In this document: one piece after another, positions 62,001-64,000 of the stretch
Numbering within the stretch: position 1 is the first letter of the stretch
Layout: the number at the start of each line of letters is the position of its first letter
NCBI GenBank assembly: GCA_040954595.2
Contig: CM082587.2
Coordinates: 4,822,106-4,886,105 of the forward strand
Direction of reading: 5' to 3'
DNA from: Balanoglossus misakiensis
Lineage: Eukaryota; Animalia; Hemichordata
DNA: 64,000 bases
Program-made: the position numbers and the translations under genes
The notes under the pieces: generated by a model
What the model was told of the DNA's origin: nothing
Database searches by the model: none
The model's input: the letters and a program-made list of their open reading frames with translations, nothing else

Positions 62001-64000
62001 ATTTGGTGATTTTTGGATAAAAACCATGGGTTATAGCTCATGAAAATCATCCAGAAATGTCAATTTTTCGACTTCGCGAAATTTCAAAATTTGGTGATTT
62101 TTGGATAAAAACCATGGGTTATAGCTCATGAAAATCATCCAGAAATGTCAATTTTTCGACTTCGCGAAATTTCAAAATTTGGTGATTTTTGGATAAAAAC
62201 CATGGGTTATAGCTCATGAAAATCATCCAGAAATGTCAATTTTTCGACTTCGCGAAATTTCAAAATTTGGTGATTTTTGGATAAAAACCATGGGTTATAG
62301 CTCATGAAAATCATCCAGAAATGTCAATTTTTCGACTTCGCGAAATTTCAAAATTTGGTGATTTTTGGATAAAAACCATGGGTTATAGCTCATGAAAATC
62401 ATCCAGAAATGTCAATTTTTCGACTTCGCGAAATTTCAAAATTTGGTGATTTTTGGATAAAAACCATGGGTTATAGCTCATGAAAATCATCCAGAAATGT
62501 CAATTTTTCGACTTCGCGAAATTTCAAAATTTGGTGATTTTTGGATAAAAACCATGGGTTATAGCTCATGAAAATCATCCAGAAATGTCAATTTTTCGAC
62601 TTCGCGAAATTTCAAAATTTGGTGATTTTTGGATAAAAACCATGGTTATAGCTCATGAAAATCATCCAGAAATGTCAATTTTTCGACTTCGCGAAATTTC
62701 AAAATTTGGTGGTTTTTGGATAAAAACCATGGGTTATAGCTCATGAAAATCATCCAGAAATGTCAATTTTTCGACTTCGCGAAATTTCAAAATTTGGTGG
62801 TTTTTGGATAAAAACCATGGGTTATAGCTCATGAAAATCATCCAGAAATGTCAATTTTTCGACTTCGCGAAATTTCAAAATTTGGTGGTTTTTGGATAAA
62901 AACCATGGGTTATAGCTCATGAAAATCATCCAGAAATGTCAATTTTTCGACTTCGCGAAATTTCAAAATTTGGTGGTTTTTGGATAAAAACCATGGGTTA
63001 TAGCTCATGAAAATCATCCAGAAATGTCAATTTTTCGACTTCGCGAAATTTCAAAATTTGGTGGTTTTTGGATAAAAACCATGGGTTATAGCTCATGAAA
63101 ATCATCCAGAAATGTCAATTTTTCGACTTCGCGAAATTTCAAAATTTGGTGATTTTTGGATAAAAACCATGGGTTATAGCTCATGAAAATCATCCAGAAA
63201 TGTCAATTTTTCGACTTCGCGAAATTTCAAAATTTGGTGGTTTTTGGATAAAAACCATGGGTTATAGCTCATGAAAATCATCCAGAAATGTCAATTTTTC
63301 GACTTCGCGAAATTTCAAAATTTACTTTCAACGAGATGTGTATTTTTGGATAAAAACCATGGGTTATAGCTCATGAAAATCATCCAGAAATGTCAATTTT
63401 TCGACTTCGCGAAATTTCAAAATTTGGTGGATTTTTGGATAAAAACCATGGGTTATAGCTCATGAAAATCATCCAGAAATGTCAATTTTTCGACTTCGCG
63501 AAATTTCAAAATTTCTCGGTGATTTTTGGATAAAAACCATGGGTTATAGCTCATGAAAATCATCCAGAAATGTCAATTTTTCGACTTCGCGAAATTTCAA
63601 AATTTGGTGATTTTTGGATAAAAACCATGGGTTATAGCTCATGAAAATCATCCAGAAATGTCAATTTTTCGACTTCGCGAAATTTCAAAATTTACGGTGA
63701 TTTTTGGATAAAAACCATGGGTTATAGCTCATGAAAATCATCCAGAAATGTCAATTTTTCGACTTCGCGAAATTTCAAAATTTGGTGATTTTTGGATAAA
63801 AACCATGGGTTATAGCTCATGAAAATCATCCAGAATGTCAATTTTTCGACTTCGCGAAATTTCAAAATTTACTCTCACTGCTCATGAAAATCATCCAGAA
63901 ATGTTCAAAATTTCAAAATTTACCTCCATGGGTTATAGCTCATGAAAATCATCCAGCAATGTCAATTTTCCCTTCGACTAGCGACGAAATTTCAAACTTT
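59056..64000 (-). repeat. 88-bp satellite DNA array, inverted block (~56 units), running off the window end
   Basis: Reverse complement of the same unit; degraded after ~63300. Confidence 0.97.

Noticed and set aside
47778-64000. CENP-B box or telomeric repeat in the satellite
   Set aside because: ttcgcgaagtcgaaa lacks the TTCG....A..CGGG core, and I saw no TTAGGG arrays in the window.

Overview
Eukaryotic genomic DNA, probably a bilaterian invertebrate (spliceosomal GT-AG introns, CpG not visibly depleted). It contains four main parts. (1) The 3' six exons of a KDM8/JMJD5 JmjC hydroxylase gene (+, 1-2364). (2) About 13 kb of non-coding DNA with microsatellites and promoter-like motif clusters. 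(3) A complete EGFL7/EGFL8-family gene with 8 coding exons (+, 15722-46168, 274 aa: signal peptide, EMI, EGF, Ca-EGF, coiled coil), ending in an unusual amidation-like tail, FAFGKKRK. Its 21-kb first intron carries a 3.06-kb Foldback/MULE-like element with a 9-bp TSD, arms built from 10- and 31-bp CGAAGGA modules, a nested TIR MITE, and a loop consisting of a decayed Penelope-like RT fragment. (4) A 16.2-kb array of an 88-bp satellite starting about 450 bp after the gene's polyA signals, with a diverged proximal edge, a polarity inversion at ~59055 and a noisy distal end. Most ORF-track entries are spurious. All assignments come from manual reading and recalled family motifs, not database searches.
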